Source: the human T2T-CHM13v2.0 reference genome, Homo sapiens. Taken from it: a stretch of 64,000 nt of DNA. Where the stretch lies: positions 29,664,001-29,728,000 of the forward strand of contig CP068257.2 of NCBI GenBank assembly GCA_009914755.4, given 5' to 3'. The notes beneath the pieces were generated by a model. The model made no database searches. It saw only the letters and a program-made list of their open reading frames with translations, and was not told the DNA's origin. Shown here piece after piece: positions 15,951 to 32,621 of this stretch. Position numbers and translations under genes: made by a program. How positions within the stretch are numbered: the first letter of the stretch is position 1; every line of letters begins with the position of its first letter.

Positions 15951-17267
15951 GGAGTTAACCACATTAAACATCAGTTTTTCATCCATATATGAGGTTCCTA
16001 ATAATGACCCCCTCCCAGGTGAGCCATGAGAGTTAAGCACATAATACTGGTCTTGGAAGGGAAACAATATAACAGGTGAGTTAGCGTCATTAGTATACGC
16101 AGCATGTAGTGGCAGATCCCTTACAGATCATGGGAACATGAGGAATAATGAGATTTCAGGAGTTCTAAAAAAGACCCTCCTTGTTCACAAAACACTTTCC
16201 CTAACCAAAAATTTCACTGTTTGATTTTTAAATTATTTCTCTTCTTAAGAAACATACATACACCCAAAAGGAAAAAAATCTGAGCCTTATCCGTATGAAG
16301 GTGTTTTCACTGAATCCATCCATAATAATAGGGTCACTTTACAATGAGCAAACTGAGGCTTGGAGAGGTCAACTATATGGCCCAAGTTCTCGAAAGTAGC
16401 TGAGTAGAAATTCCAACGCAGGTCCACTTGCTCTTAAGTTCATGCTCCTTTCCCGGAGGATTCTGCTAGATACAGTAACTGCATTCTCCCTAAGGGAAGG
16501 TTTTTATAGCCAGACAGAATGACGGGAAGAAAAGAAAAAAGAATATGAAAATAGGAAAAAAGGCGAATGAAAGAGGTTAGGTTATGATACAGAAATGTGT
16601 GCCAGGGGGCATCCTTTTAACAAAGGTCAAGCCCTCTGAGACATAGCTCAGCAATCTTCTCCAGCCCACATCACACACAACCCTTAAATTACGGCAGCTA
16701 CTCACCTGCCTGGTGCAAAAAGAATGTTTCTGTGCATAGTGTGTCCAATATATTATTTAATAAGATACGACAAGCCCAAACATTCTTCTTGCAAATTGTT
16801 CAGAGTGGTGCAGAAGCCAAGTTTTCATGCGTAATTTTCTTTTCTAAGAATGTGAATACATTTATTTGCAGCAGACATTTGCTTTTAGTATACTTAATAA
16901 TCCTGGAAATTCAGTATGTTTCTTTCCTTAAAAATCAACATGATACCTACAAAAAGTACTTCCGGAGGGGGATGGGGGTGAGGAGGAGTACACCAGGAAA
17001 ATTGTTTAGCTCTTTGTGTGTTTTTTTTCCACTACATTTACTTTAATAACAAATCCTTGCAGTTGAGTTTCAATGTTATTCTGAGTCTTCTGGGAGGCTC
17101 CCATCTGGGTTCCAAATAATCACCATTTGCAACATTTGTAGGTGAACAGACTGTTGGTTCACAATATAGAGAAAAGAAAGATTGTTCTTTTAATGTCATT
17201 CATGATATGTGGGGGCAAAATAATTTATTAAAAAATTCAGGAGTTCAATAGAGCACACTTTATTTTT

Positions 17268-17551
<284 letters not shown>

Positions 17552-18767
17552 ACACTTTTTTAAAAAAGATTAAACAGATGCTTTTGAAACAAGGCCAGAG
17601 TGCCCATTCACTTAGTTAATGCAGTCAGAATGGACAACTTAACAGATTCTCAGAAATCCTAATGGGAGTGTAAGATGTGATTCCTGCATGGTAGACAAAC
17701 AGTACAACTGCTACTAAGAAGAACAATGTTTATGGAAGAATTACGCTATGAATTTTACATATAAAAGCTCATTCAGTCTTCCCAACAATCCAGAGAGAAA
17801 AATATCATTATTATCAGGACCATTTCTCACTTACAAATGAGAAAAGTGAGGCCAAGGAGGAGAAGTCTCCCACATGAAATGGTTAACTAGTGGCCAATCA
17901 CACTGACCCTTGGCAAGGATATATTTTTTTTAAGTTTTACTATCACAGAAAATCAGAACATTCAGCAGATTTAAGCTCACTGATATTAGAGGTATCCTGA
18001 GAATAACTGTGGATAAATGATGATTGGCAGTAGGATATATTATATAAAATGTTAGTAAGCCCACTAAACTCTTTGACCCTACCTATGAAGAAGAAAAAGG
18101 GCCAACATAGTCAAAGCATTTAATGAAAAGAAAGCAAATATTTCTTTAAATTGCTCCCACTGCCCTAAATATATAGTAAAACAAGCTGCACATACATCAG
18201 TTTTTCTTAAACAGGGACCCATATTTTTATTTCTCAACCCCAGTACACACACATAATAGCTTGGTTTACTTTTTATCCTATTCCAATATATTTTTTTAGA
18301 AATATTGGCTGCAAACCACTAAAATTATTTTATAAACTCCCAAAAGGTTTCAACCCTCAGTTGAAAAGCGCTACCCAGACGGAAATTACAATTTTGCACA
18401 CGGAGCTATTTGTATTTTTAAAACGTGCATGCTTGTAAAGGGTAGGGGTCACACAGACTTGCTAATTTCAGCGCTTCTGCATAGGCCCTGGGAATGGACC
18501 CAGGACAAGGATGCTTAGCACACGATCCCTGGAGGACTTTCAAAGGTATCTGAACCTTCTGGAATTGAGTGTAAAAATTATGTGCAGGGACGTACCTGCA
18601 TTTGTATAAAGAGCAGTTCCATGGCTTCTACCAGCTTTATAAAGGTGGGGTCCATCCAAGTTTCACGTATTTATTTATTTAACTACTTTAATTTTTTGGT
18701 GAGAGTCGCCAAACCTCGCACCAAAACCACATTTTGGTTAAATATAAATAAAATCAACATGCAATGA

Positions 18768-19707
<940 letters not shown>

Positions 19708-20847
19708 TCACAAAAATACGGCCGACTGTCAATAACCTTCACTCATTTCTTCTACATATTGAGTGCCTACCAAGGGTGATCCACTGTATTAAGATTCTGG
19801 GTTAAACTGGAAAAGGAGGAAGTTAAATGAGAGGTACCCTGATGTCCTCTGCAGTGTTCTAGTATAATTACACTACAATTCTGAAATCCACAAAATTGAA
19901 GATTGTCACCTAGCTGTTTCCTGCCTCCCACAGAGAAGCTGCCAGAATGCTCTGAAAGAGGATGAGTTTAAACCAAAAATCGTATCGTTTTATCACTGCT
20001 TGTTCCCAATTAACAGCCAAAATATTTCAAGGAAAGGTTTATACCGATTGAGACAATGGTGACATGTAGCCACCCTCAGATGAAAAGGCATGAGCATTTT
20101 TCATAAAGGAGAGTATTTTGTGAGGGCTAAATCAAAAACTGCATTCCCACTTGAAAGACCATTAAAACACTAACAGTGCATTCTTCTCCTCACCCTATGG
20201 CTGGGAAACAATAAGCTCTGTCGCTAAGAAGTAATCAGGACTGTGTGGTTTGACCCTTATCGGATCTAAGGTGTTCTGAGCCAAGATAGGATTGTGTGAT
20301 GGGCATGCCTATGCCTCTTGTTTCCTTCCACATCAAGGATTCGCAACTACAGCAAACTTCCTGGCCTCTCTGAGCCCTCAGGATGGCTCTGGGAAGGTGA
20401 GTCATTGATGTCAACAGAGGAGAGAGTTTGGGAGAATGACCCACACATGCCTAGATAAAACCCTTCTATTTCACTTGCTTAGGAATCCAGGCCTCTGGGG
20501 AAGTCAAGGTTGGACCACCGTGGATCGTGAGGTAACTGGAAAGATCCTGCCCCCCAGGGAGGGAGGCCTGTTATCCAGTGCCAGGTCTGCCTAGGTGGGT
20601 AAGTCTACCTAACTCAAATGGCCAGGGATGTCCAGGAAACCTACGTTGCTGTACCTCTGAGTCACAACCTCAAATCCTATATTTACCGATAATAAAGCTG
20701 AGCTTTTGGTCTCCACTTGCTGAACCCTTTGTTTGTCTCAGTTGGTCCAGAAATTAAGCAGGAAAAAGAGCTTCTCAAATCCCCGTAAGCTCTGTCCTCT
20801 CCATCTTCTCAATTTCAAGTGGATTGACGACACTTAAAACACTGCTT

Positions 20848-21160
20848 GGCCGGGCATGGTGGCTCAAGCCTGTACTCCCAGCACTTTGGGAGGCCGAAGA
20901 GGGTGGATCACCTGAGGTCAGGAGTTTGAGACCAGCCTGACCAACATGGAAAAACACCGTCTCTACTAAAAATACAAAATTAGCCGGGCGTGGTGGCACA
21001 TGCTTGTCATCCCAGCTACGCGGGAGGCTGAGGAGGAGAATTGCTTGAACTCGGGAGGCGGAGGTTGTGGTGAGCCAAGATCGCGCCATTGTACTCCAGC
21101 CTGGGTAACAAGAGTGAAACTCCATCTCAAAAAAACAAAAAACAAAAACCAAACAAACAT
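20848..21160 (+). mobile_element. Alu SINE (sense), the younger of two insertions at the same TTAAAA site
   Basis: 'ggccgggcatggtggctcaagcctgtactcccagcactttgggaggccgaagagggtggatcacc...' Flanked by 'aaaacactgctt' at 20836-20847 and 21161-21172. Confidence 0.93.
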
Positions 21161-21172
21161 AAAACACTGCTT

Positions 21173-21470
21173 GGTCGGGCACGGCGGCTCACGCCTGTAA
21201 TCCCAGCACTTTGGGAGGCCGAAGTGGGTGGATGACCTGAGGTCAAGAGTTTGAGACTACCCTGGCCAACACAGTGAAACCCAGTCTCTACTATAAACAC
21301 GAAAATCAGCCAGGCATGGCAGCACGCACTTATAGTCCCAGCTACTTGGGAAGCTGAGGCAGAAGAATCCCTAGAACCCAGGAGGCAGAGGGTGTAGTGA
21401 GCCGACATCACACCACTACATTCCAACCTGGGCAACAGAGTGAGACTCTGCCTCAAAAAAAACCCCAAAA
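21173..21470 (+). mobile_element. Alu SINE (sense), the older insertion at the same site
   Basis: 'ggtcgggcacggcggctcacgcctgtaatcccagcactttgggaggccgaagtgggtggatgacctgaggtcaagag...' 3' flank 'aaaaaccccaccactgctt|aactcat' (21486-21504). Confidence 0.93.
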
Positions 21471-21778
21471 AACAAACAAACAAGAAAAACCCCACCACTG
21501 CTTAACTCATCTGTGACTTTCCAATTTTAGGACAAAAGTACATGTGCCTACTTGATGAGACAACTATAGGTCTTATTCATATTCTCAGGCAGCCCCAACA
21601 CAGCAGAGAAGTTCCTAGAAATCAAAACATAACTAATGACCCAGCTCAACAGGATTTCAAAATGAAGATATTTTTCTTTAGGTTACTGCACAATCACAGA
21701 GTAACAGCAGCTTTGCAGAGTGAGTTAAACAGTAATTTGGGTACAGCTCCCAGGTCTTTGCAGAAAGAGGATCAAATT

Positions 21779-22079
<301 letters not shown>

Positions 22080-22531
22080 ACAGGATAAAATTCTGTCATT
22101 CAAAGTGAATTTCCAAAATAACAAATATCAAGGGTGAGTGTCCCAAGACATTCCCACAGCCTAATAAAATCCAGGATGAATTATCAACAATTTGGTAGTT
22201 AGTCAAGAGACTCTACTCTGTATATAGAGCATCCAAGAACCCAAAACCTACTGGTTCCTACTTAGATTTTCTATTTATGCATCTGATTAGCAAAATCTGT
22301 CAATTTTATCATGGTAAAGCCAACAAAATTTACTACTTTGGAAATAGTTCTTTTTGGCTTTGAGTCTGGGAGGGGAAAAAATGGAAAGAGTTCTGCATAT
22401 AAATCTTCCTGATGTTATTTTGTCTTTATCTTGATAATGTTACTAGAAAGATAAAATCTGATTCAGCCTGGTTTCTCATTCAGGATGCTTCCTCCATAAC
22501 ACAACATTACAAGATGCCCTTCGAGTTGGTG

Positions 22532-22704
22532 GTTTTTGTTTTTGTTGTTTTATACAAAGACAGGGTCTCGCTCTGTCCCTCAGGCTGGAGTGCAGTAGCG
22601 CAATCACAGCTCACTGCAACCTCGAACTCCTACACTCCTGAGACCCTCCTGCTCCAGCCTCCCAGCTGGCTACAATTACAGGCCTATACCACCATGCCCA
22701 GCTA
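22532..22704 (-). mobile_element. Partial Alu (antisense), right arm only
   Basis: 'gtttttgtttttgttgttttatacaaagacagggtctcgctctgtccctcaggctggagtgcagtagcgcaatcacagctcactgcaacctcgaactcc...ccaccatgcccagctaa'. Confidence 0.85.
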
Positions 22705-22949
22705 AACCTCTGAGTTTTGAATCAAATTTTTTTGTGTCTCCAGCACATCACAATTGGGCCTCAGTTTCTACTCATTTGGCTTCCCATCATGAAGTACAGC
22801 ATAAAGGTTGCCAGGCCTTTTGTTTCTGGAGCTTTACTTTCTGCTGTGCAACAAGCTAAACACCCAGACAGTGACTAACCAGCCTTGAGAAGGGTGAACT
22901 GATAAAAAAAAAAATACATGTTCCAAAGCTGCTCAACTGGTGTACAAGT

Positions 22950-24185
<1,236 letters not shown>

Positions 24186-24358
24186 TACAAAAAATAATGG
24201 CTTTGGTCAATGATGGTTGAGTCTGAGGTCTCCAAGGCAGGAATGAGCCAGAAAATGGCATTCAGGGTATGTGGTATCAGAAGCTTAGGTCAACCCCAGC
24301 TGCACACTGACCAGTGAGCAATGGTAGGTGACTCCCTCTACCTCTCAGAGCCTCGCTA

Positions 24359-24867
<509 letters not shown>

Positions 24868-24961
24868 CTATGTGCTCAGTGCAGGGACTGGCCGAAGAAG
24901 CCATTCAGCATCGGCAGGCCTGCACCTCTGCCTCGGACTCAGGCTCCTCCACATAATCTGA

Positions 24962-25372
<411 letters not shown>

Positions 25373-25452
25373 TAAAAATTGCTCCTTATAACATAAGAAG
25401 CCAAACTGATTGAAACTTTAACCCTTCTTGACAGCCTTCAAAAACCATCTCA

Positions 25453-25741
25453 GGCCGGGCACGGTGGCTCACACCTGTAATCCCAGCACTTTGGGAGGTG
25501 GACAGATCACCTGAGGTCAGGAGTTCAAGACCAGCCTGGCCAAAATGGTGAAACCCCATCTCTACTAAAAATACAAAAATTAGCCAGGTACGGTGGTGGG
25601 CACCTGTAATCCCAGCTACTCGGGAGGCTGAGGCACAAGAATCACTTGAACTTGGGAGGCAGAAGTGGCAGTGAGCCAAGATCGTGCCACCTGCATGAGA
25701 CTCCATATCAAAACAAACAAACAAACAAAAAAACAAAAAAA
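25453..25741 (+). mobile_element. Alu SINE (sense) with an internal ~25-bp deletion near its 3' end and a (CAAA)n tail
   Basis: 'ggccgggcacggtggctcacacctgtaatcccagcactttgggaggtggacagatcacctgaggtcaggagttcaagacc...gccaagatcgtgccacctgcatgagactccatatcaaaacaaacaaacaaacaaaaaaacaaaaaaa'. Confidence 0.93.
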
Positions 25742-26683
25742 CCAACTCAGCAGAGAAAGAAATAAAAATCTAGAAAGAAATCATCTAAATAGGAATAGTG
25801 AATACCTTTGATAGTTTTGATTGCCATCTTTTTGCTTAGCCATATATTCTAGTGTTCCTATAATGAATATGCATGATTATCTAAGAATATCATATGCAAA
25901 AAGGAAAGAAAATACTAGCTTGGAGTCCAGCTTCTCCCAAGTCTCCTTGCTCCTTCTTCTCCTCCTGGACCACAGTCTTCCCTCTCACTCTGTGTGTTGC
26001 ATCTGCCTCATAATGATGGGGAGGACAATTCTAGCTCGTATTCACAAAGGTGTACCTGTGGAGAGCACTCCTCTAAGTCATGACACACGTAAATTCATGT
26101 CCTACTCACGATACCTCTATGGGTGGGGGGGGGTGCCATCATCTGCCATCTTATAGGGGAAGGAACTGAAGCCTGGAGAATGACAGCAACTTGCCCCCTG
26201 GGCACCCTGCTCGCCTGTGACAGCCCTGGCTTCAAACCCACACTGAATCCTGAACCCAGTCTCTTGGCCTCAACAACCTGGCCCCTCCTGTGGGTGTTTC
26301 TACTTTTGCCACTGCCTGTCTCTGTGTCACGATGCATTGACTTTTCTGTCACCTCCGCCACACTGTGAAGCAGGGGCTGTGGCCCTACCCGAAACAGCTA
26401 ACCCACAGTCTGTCCACTGAATTGAGTTATGGCTGAATATTAGGTCCCAAACGCAATGACATTTTAAACCTATCTACACATGCAATTGTATTTCTATTTC
26501 CACAAGGGGGTCAAGCAACCACTGGTCACTTCAGCCAGGCGGGGCCCACTTCATGGTTTTCCCACAGAACTCCCGCAGGTGAGACAAAGCGCCCCTCAGG
26601 GAACTCGGTTCCTTGGTGGAGTCCATGGTAGAACGCTGTAGGTGCACTTCAGGGCTCCACAGCCAAAGTAAAGAAAGATGAGA

Positions 26684-27083
<400 letters not shown>

Positions 27084-27100
27084 TTAGAGACATCAGTGGT

Positions 27101-27700
<600 letters not shown>

Positions 27701-27935
27701 TCAGTGACTTCCTGGAATTAGCAAGAAAAGGGAAGAATTGGTGGAGCACAGAGGATTTTAGGGCAGTGAAACTATTCTGAATGATACTGTAATGGTGGGT
27801 ACAGTAATGGCCGCTTGACCCCCTTAAAAACAGAACAATGACTGCGTGCGTGGAAAAGTTTAATTCATTGCGTTTGGGACCCAACATTCAACAATAACTC
27901 AATTCAGTGGACAGACTGTGGGTGGATACTGTAAA

Positions 27936-28038
27936 GGAGAATCACTTGAACCTGGGAGGCGGAGGTTGCAGTGAGCTTAGATGGCACCACTGCACTCCAG
28001 CCTGGGCGACGGAGAGAAACTCTGTCTCAAAAAAAAAA
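27936..28038 (+). mobile_element. Alu 3'-terminal fragment (~100 bp) with an A-tail
   Basis: 'ggagaatcacttgaacctgggaggcggaggttgcagtgagcttagatggcaccactgcactccagcctgggcgacggagagaaactctgtctcaaaaaaaaaa'. Confidence 0.88.
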
Positions 28039-28671
28039 TTTTATTTGGTGCCTGCTTATGGGCAGAGGGATGCTGTCCATGATGGTGATAACAACAGTAA
28101 TAGTAATTGACACTTGTAGAGGACCTACTGTAAGTCAGACGCTGAAGAAGTTTCTTAATTTTCTGACAATTCTATCAGGAAAGTACTTGTCCCCATTTAT
28201 AAATGAAGAATCCAAAGCACAGAGAACTCAGGCAACTTATCCAAGGCCACACAGCCTGTAAGTGATGGAGCTAGTGATTTTTATTCCCACAGTGCTGCTC
28301 TCAGCCATCTTTTCTGCCTGTAACCTTTCAGACAGCTGCCTCTAGCCTACCTCTGAATTCTAGGATTCCATCCACAGGGCCCCTAACATTGCCAAAAGCA
28401 AAGAGATTAACTGCCCAACTAGAATATGTGACATTCAGGCTGGAGACAAAGATTTTGGCTTGATTTGGTTTCCAAACAACAAAATCATTTCTTTAAGTAT
28501 TTCAAAAATGTTTAAGAAATCTTTTGGTAATGTTTCCCTGTACTGCCCCCAAAGTACAGGGAAATGGTGAATACCTACTCCATACCAGCATCCCTCAGTA
28601 GGACCACAAGGGTAAACAATGAGTACACCAACACTGTAATAACCAAAGGAAAGAACAGAAGTATTTTTTTA

Positions 28672-28977
28672 CAGGCCAGGCACGGTGGCTCACACCTGTA
28701 ATCCCAGCACTTTGGGAGGCCGAGGCAGGCAGATCACTTGAGCCCAGGAGTTCGAGACCAGCCTGGACAACATGGCAAGACCCCATCTCTACAAAAAAAA
28801 AATACAAAAATTAGCCAGGAATGGTGGTGTGCAGCCGTAGTCCCACCTACTCAGGAGGCAGAGGTAGGAAGACCACTTGAGCCTAGGAGGTGGAGGTGCG
28901 GTAAGCTGTGATCAATCATGCCACTGCACTCTAGCCTGGGTGACAGAGGGAGGCCCTGTCTCAAAAAAAAAAAAAAA
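28672..28977 (+). mobile_element. Alu SINE (sense)
   Basis: 'caggccaggcacggtggctcacacctgtaatcccagcactttgggaggccgaggcaggcagatcacttgagcccaggagttcgagaccagcctggacaacatggcaagaccccatctctac...ggccctgtctcaaaaaaaaaaaaaaa'. Confidence 0.93.
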
Positions 28978-29045
28978 TTAGTTTTTAGTTTCATACTACT
29001 AGAGAAGAATCATGGAAAGATACATTCTCATAGAGTATGTTTTTA

Positions 29046-29378
<333 letters not shown>

Positions 29379-31031
29379 TCATCTAAAATAACATAAATAT
29401 TCATCATGTATCTGGGGAAATATAGATACATTTCTACCTTTTAAGTCAAAAAGCTGGAAAGAAACCAGCCATCAGTGAGTTAAGAGGTGTCACACGGAGG
29501 GGGCATTGAAGAACCCACACTTTTCAATATTTTTCCCCTTTACTGTTTACTTTCACATGCAACTGCGAATAAAAGCAGTAGATATACTACACACTGGCAT
29601 TTAGAAATTGTTTAAAATGGAGCTAAAGACATTACATTTAAAATTGAAGAAGAGCATCCCTTTGCAAACCAACCGTGTTTCTCACGCCCTCCAGACCCTC
29701 CAGACCCTGCTGAGGCCTCTGCTTTTCCACTGTCAGGCAGAGTCCCCCTGGAGCAAAACTGCTGTGCATCTGAACACCCTGACCCCAGCGAGACCCCAAC
29801 TCCCCTCCCGCAGGTGAGCCACTGAATTCCTCACCTATTAATGACATGTCCTGATTTTGTTTGGTTTTGTTCTGTTCCATTTTTCTTATAGAATGCCCCA
29901 TTCTCTAGGAATGGAGTTGAGCAGCTGCCACTCTGTCCTCTGATCAAAGTTATGGTCCTCTCCTGTCTTCCTGTTGTCCCAGCTCACCTGAGAGACTTTC
30001 TGGGAAGAGACTCTTAGAGGGAAGGGGAGTACTATGGCATTCATGGAGAATCCCCAGTGACCAGCTTGGAAGGCAGCTGAAATTTTCAAAGGAACTTCCT
30101 GCCTATCTGTATCCCAAACTAAAAAGATAGAAAGAAAACCAAACAGCTTTACCAGTTAACAATACCATCCTTCAGTGCACACCATCAGACTCCAAATAAT
30201 CCATATTAAGTGGTAAAAGCCCATGAACTGGAAAGAAAGAAGGCTTCTGCAATGACAACAACAAAAAGATAGGGCAAGTCCCTAGTATCTCAGGGTATTC
30301 CCCACGCCCTGCAGATGTGCGTGATCATACACTTCCCACCAGGTAATACTCGGGAAGTATTTAAGATGCTAGATGAAAGGCATTTGTTACCCAGGGGCAA
30401 TCCCCCTAAGTTTCTTGCAGTGGTGATTAAAGCGATTGCCCTCCATCCCTTCCCTACCTTCCAGTGATGTGAGGTTTAACTAATGTGCACTTGGGGTTTT
30501 AAGATCCCTAGATGAAAAGAGGACCAGATGTGAAAGTTATTATTATTTTGTTCAAAGTAGACGGGTATACTAACATCTGTGGGCAAGTTTACCACACGCC
30601 ACTTAAAACAGGCTAACAGGGTCATATGCCAAAACGTTCAGGTTTGCATTTTTGAAAAGCTCAGAGATCTGACAGATGTGTTCCGGCCGCGATTTAACAT
30701 GCGGCTCCAGTGAGAAGGAAGCAGATATGACAAATGGTTCACTTATTTCAGAACTAAAACCCCAGAGGAGCAGCCTGAGCCAAAAAGGGAAGTGATCAAT
30801 GGAAAAGACGGTCGAATCTGCTCACAGGCAAGGCAAGGGGGCAACACAGAGCATGTGCAGGGAGGAGGAGCTTTCTGTTTGGAAGGTAAATGAAACACTG
30901 GGCTGCAGAGAACCCGAAATTATCTTCAAGCATTTTTTAGCCACGCTTGAACTCATTCTAGAATTCATCAGCTAAGTACCCTTATAGGATAAAAAGTCCC
31001 TTTCTTCATCTTCTATAAAGAAAGAGATCTG

Positions 31032-31370
31032 TGGGCTGGGCGCAGTGGCTCATGCCTGTAATCTCAACACTTTGGGAGGCTGAGGTGGGCAGATCATTTG
31101 AGGTCAGGAGTTCGAGACCAATCTGGCCAACATAGCAAAACCCATCTCTACTAAAAATAGAAAAAATTAGCCTGGTGTGGTGATGCACACCTGTGATCCC
31201 AGCTACTTGGGAGGCTGAGGCATGAGAATCGCTTGAACCCAGGAGAGGCAGAGGTTGCAGTGAGCTGAGATGTGCCACTGCACTCCAGCCTGGGCAACAG
31301 AGTGAAACGCCGCCATCTCAAAAAAAAAAAAAAAAAAAGGAAAGAAAAGAAAACAGAAAAGAAGAAAAAA
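31032..31370 (+). mobile_element. Alu SINE (sense) with a long A/GA-rich tail
   Basis: 'gggctgggcgcagtggctcatgcctgtaatctcaacactttgggaggctgaggtgggcagatcatttgaggtcaggagttcgagaccaatctggcc...' ending 'ccatctcaaaaaaaaaaaaaaaaaaaggaaagaaaagaaaacag'. Confidence 0.93.
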
Positions 31371-32049
31371 GATTTGTGCCTAGAGAAATTGCAAAAATAA
31401 AGACCACCCCACCATCACCCTGCACCAGTAGGATCCAGACTGTGTGAGCAATAAGAAAGTCTAATCGATGCCCAAACACAGGCTTACTGAGAACCATGGT
31501 CCACATGAAATGGTGCGTAGTCTCCTCCCAACGCAGCTGTCAGGGAGAACCTATGGACCTAAACCAGATCGTGTCTCCCTAGTCCTATCCACAACCCTCA
31601 AAGGCTTCCCATCTCACCAGCAGTCCCGCAGACCCTGCCCTGACGACCCTCCTCTGTCTTCATCTCCTTGGCTCTCCCACTTTGCTCTTTCCACCCAAAC
31701 TTCCAACATGCCCAGCCCAGCCCTCTGCCCTCTGCCTCGATGCTCCCTCTGTCAGCACAGGGCTCGCTTCCTCAACCCCTTGCCATCTTGGCTCCAATGT
31801 CACCCATGCAGTGGGGCCTTCCTAACTCCCCTATGTTCAAAAGCTCAAACACCCAACACTTCCTTGCTTCAAGGGCCTCCACTGTAACAATCACCTTCCC
31901 ACATGGTACATGTTGTAACTACAGTCGCCATTCCCTATCCACGGGTTCAGTATCCATGGCTTCCATATCTGTGGACTCAACCAACCGTAGATCAAAAATA
32001 TTCAAAATAAATCAAGAAATGATTGTGCCTGTACTTAACACGTACATAT

Positions 32050-32621
32050 TTTATTTTATTTTTTGAGACAAGGTGTCACTCTGTCGCCCAGGCTGGAAAG
32101 CAGCAGCACAATCACGGCTCACTGCAGCCTCAGCTTCCTAGGCTCACATGATCCTCCCACCTCAGCCTCCTGAGTAGCTGGGAACACAGGCACACGGCAC
32201 CACGACTGGCTTATTATTATTTTTTTTTTTTATTTTGCTCTAAGTTCTGGGATACATGTGCAGAACGTGCAGGTTGGTTACACAGGTATACATGTGCCAT
32301 GGTGGTTTGCTGCACCGATCAACCCGTCATCTAGGTTTTAAGGCCCGCATGCATTAGGTATTTGTCCTAATGCTCTCCCTCCCCTTGACCCCCACCCCCC
32401 GACAGGCCCAGGTGTGTGATGCTCCCCTCCCTGTGTCCATGTGTTCTCATTGATCAGCTCCCACTTATGAGTGATAACCTGTGGTGAATTTTTCTATTTT
32501 TTGTAGAGATGGGGTCTCGCTATGTTGCTCAGACTGGTCTCGAACTCCCAGGCTCAAGTGATATTCCTGCCTTGGCCTCCCAAAGTGCTGGAATTACAGG
32601 TGTGAGCTACCATACCCAGCC
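32050..32621 (-). mobile_element. Alu (antisense) inserted into the Tigger MITE, itself split between its two arms by an L1 3' fragment
   Basis: Right arm antisense 32055-32212 'gagacaaggtgtcactctgtcgcccaggctggaaagcagc...gtagctgggaacacaggcacacggcaccacgactggct'. Left arm antisense 32476-32621 'aatttttctattttttgtagagatggggtctcgctatgttgctcagactggtctcgaactcc...gctggaattacaggtgtgagctaccatacccagcc'. Confidence 0.85.
32213..32475 (-). mobile_element. L1PA-type 3' UTR fragment (~240 bp plus poly-A, antisense) nested in the Alu linker
   Basis: Poly-T 'tattattattttttttttttattttgctc' then 'taagttctgggatacatgtgcagaacgtgcaggttggttacacaggtatacatgtgccatggtggtttgctgcaccgatcaacccgtcatctag...ctccc...cccacttatgagtgataacctgtggtg'. 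This is the reverse complement of the young-L1 3' end. Confidence 0.85.

Noticed and set aside
29795-29815. Motif 'ctcccctcccgcag|gtgagcc' resembling both a 3' acceptor (polypyrimidine+CAG) and a 5' donor (CAG|GTGAGC), considered as an exon boundary
   Set aside because: There is no adjacent ORF with coding character, and the local ORFs (29608-29817 on +, 29638-29901 on -) are short and low-complexity. A single consensus-like hexamer occurs by chance many times in 64 kb. Without RNA evidence I cannot call an exon.
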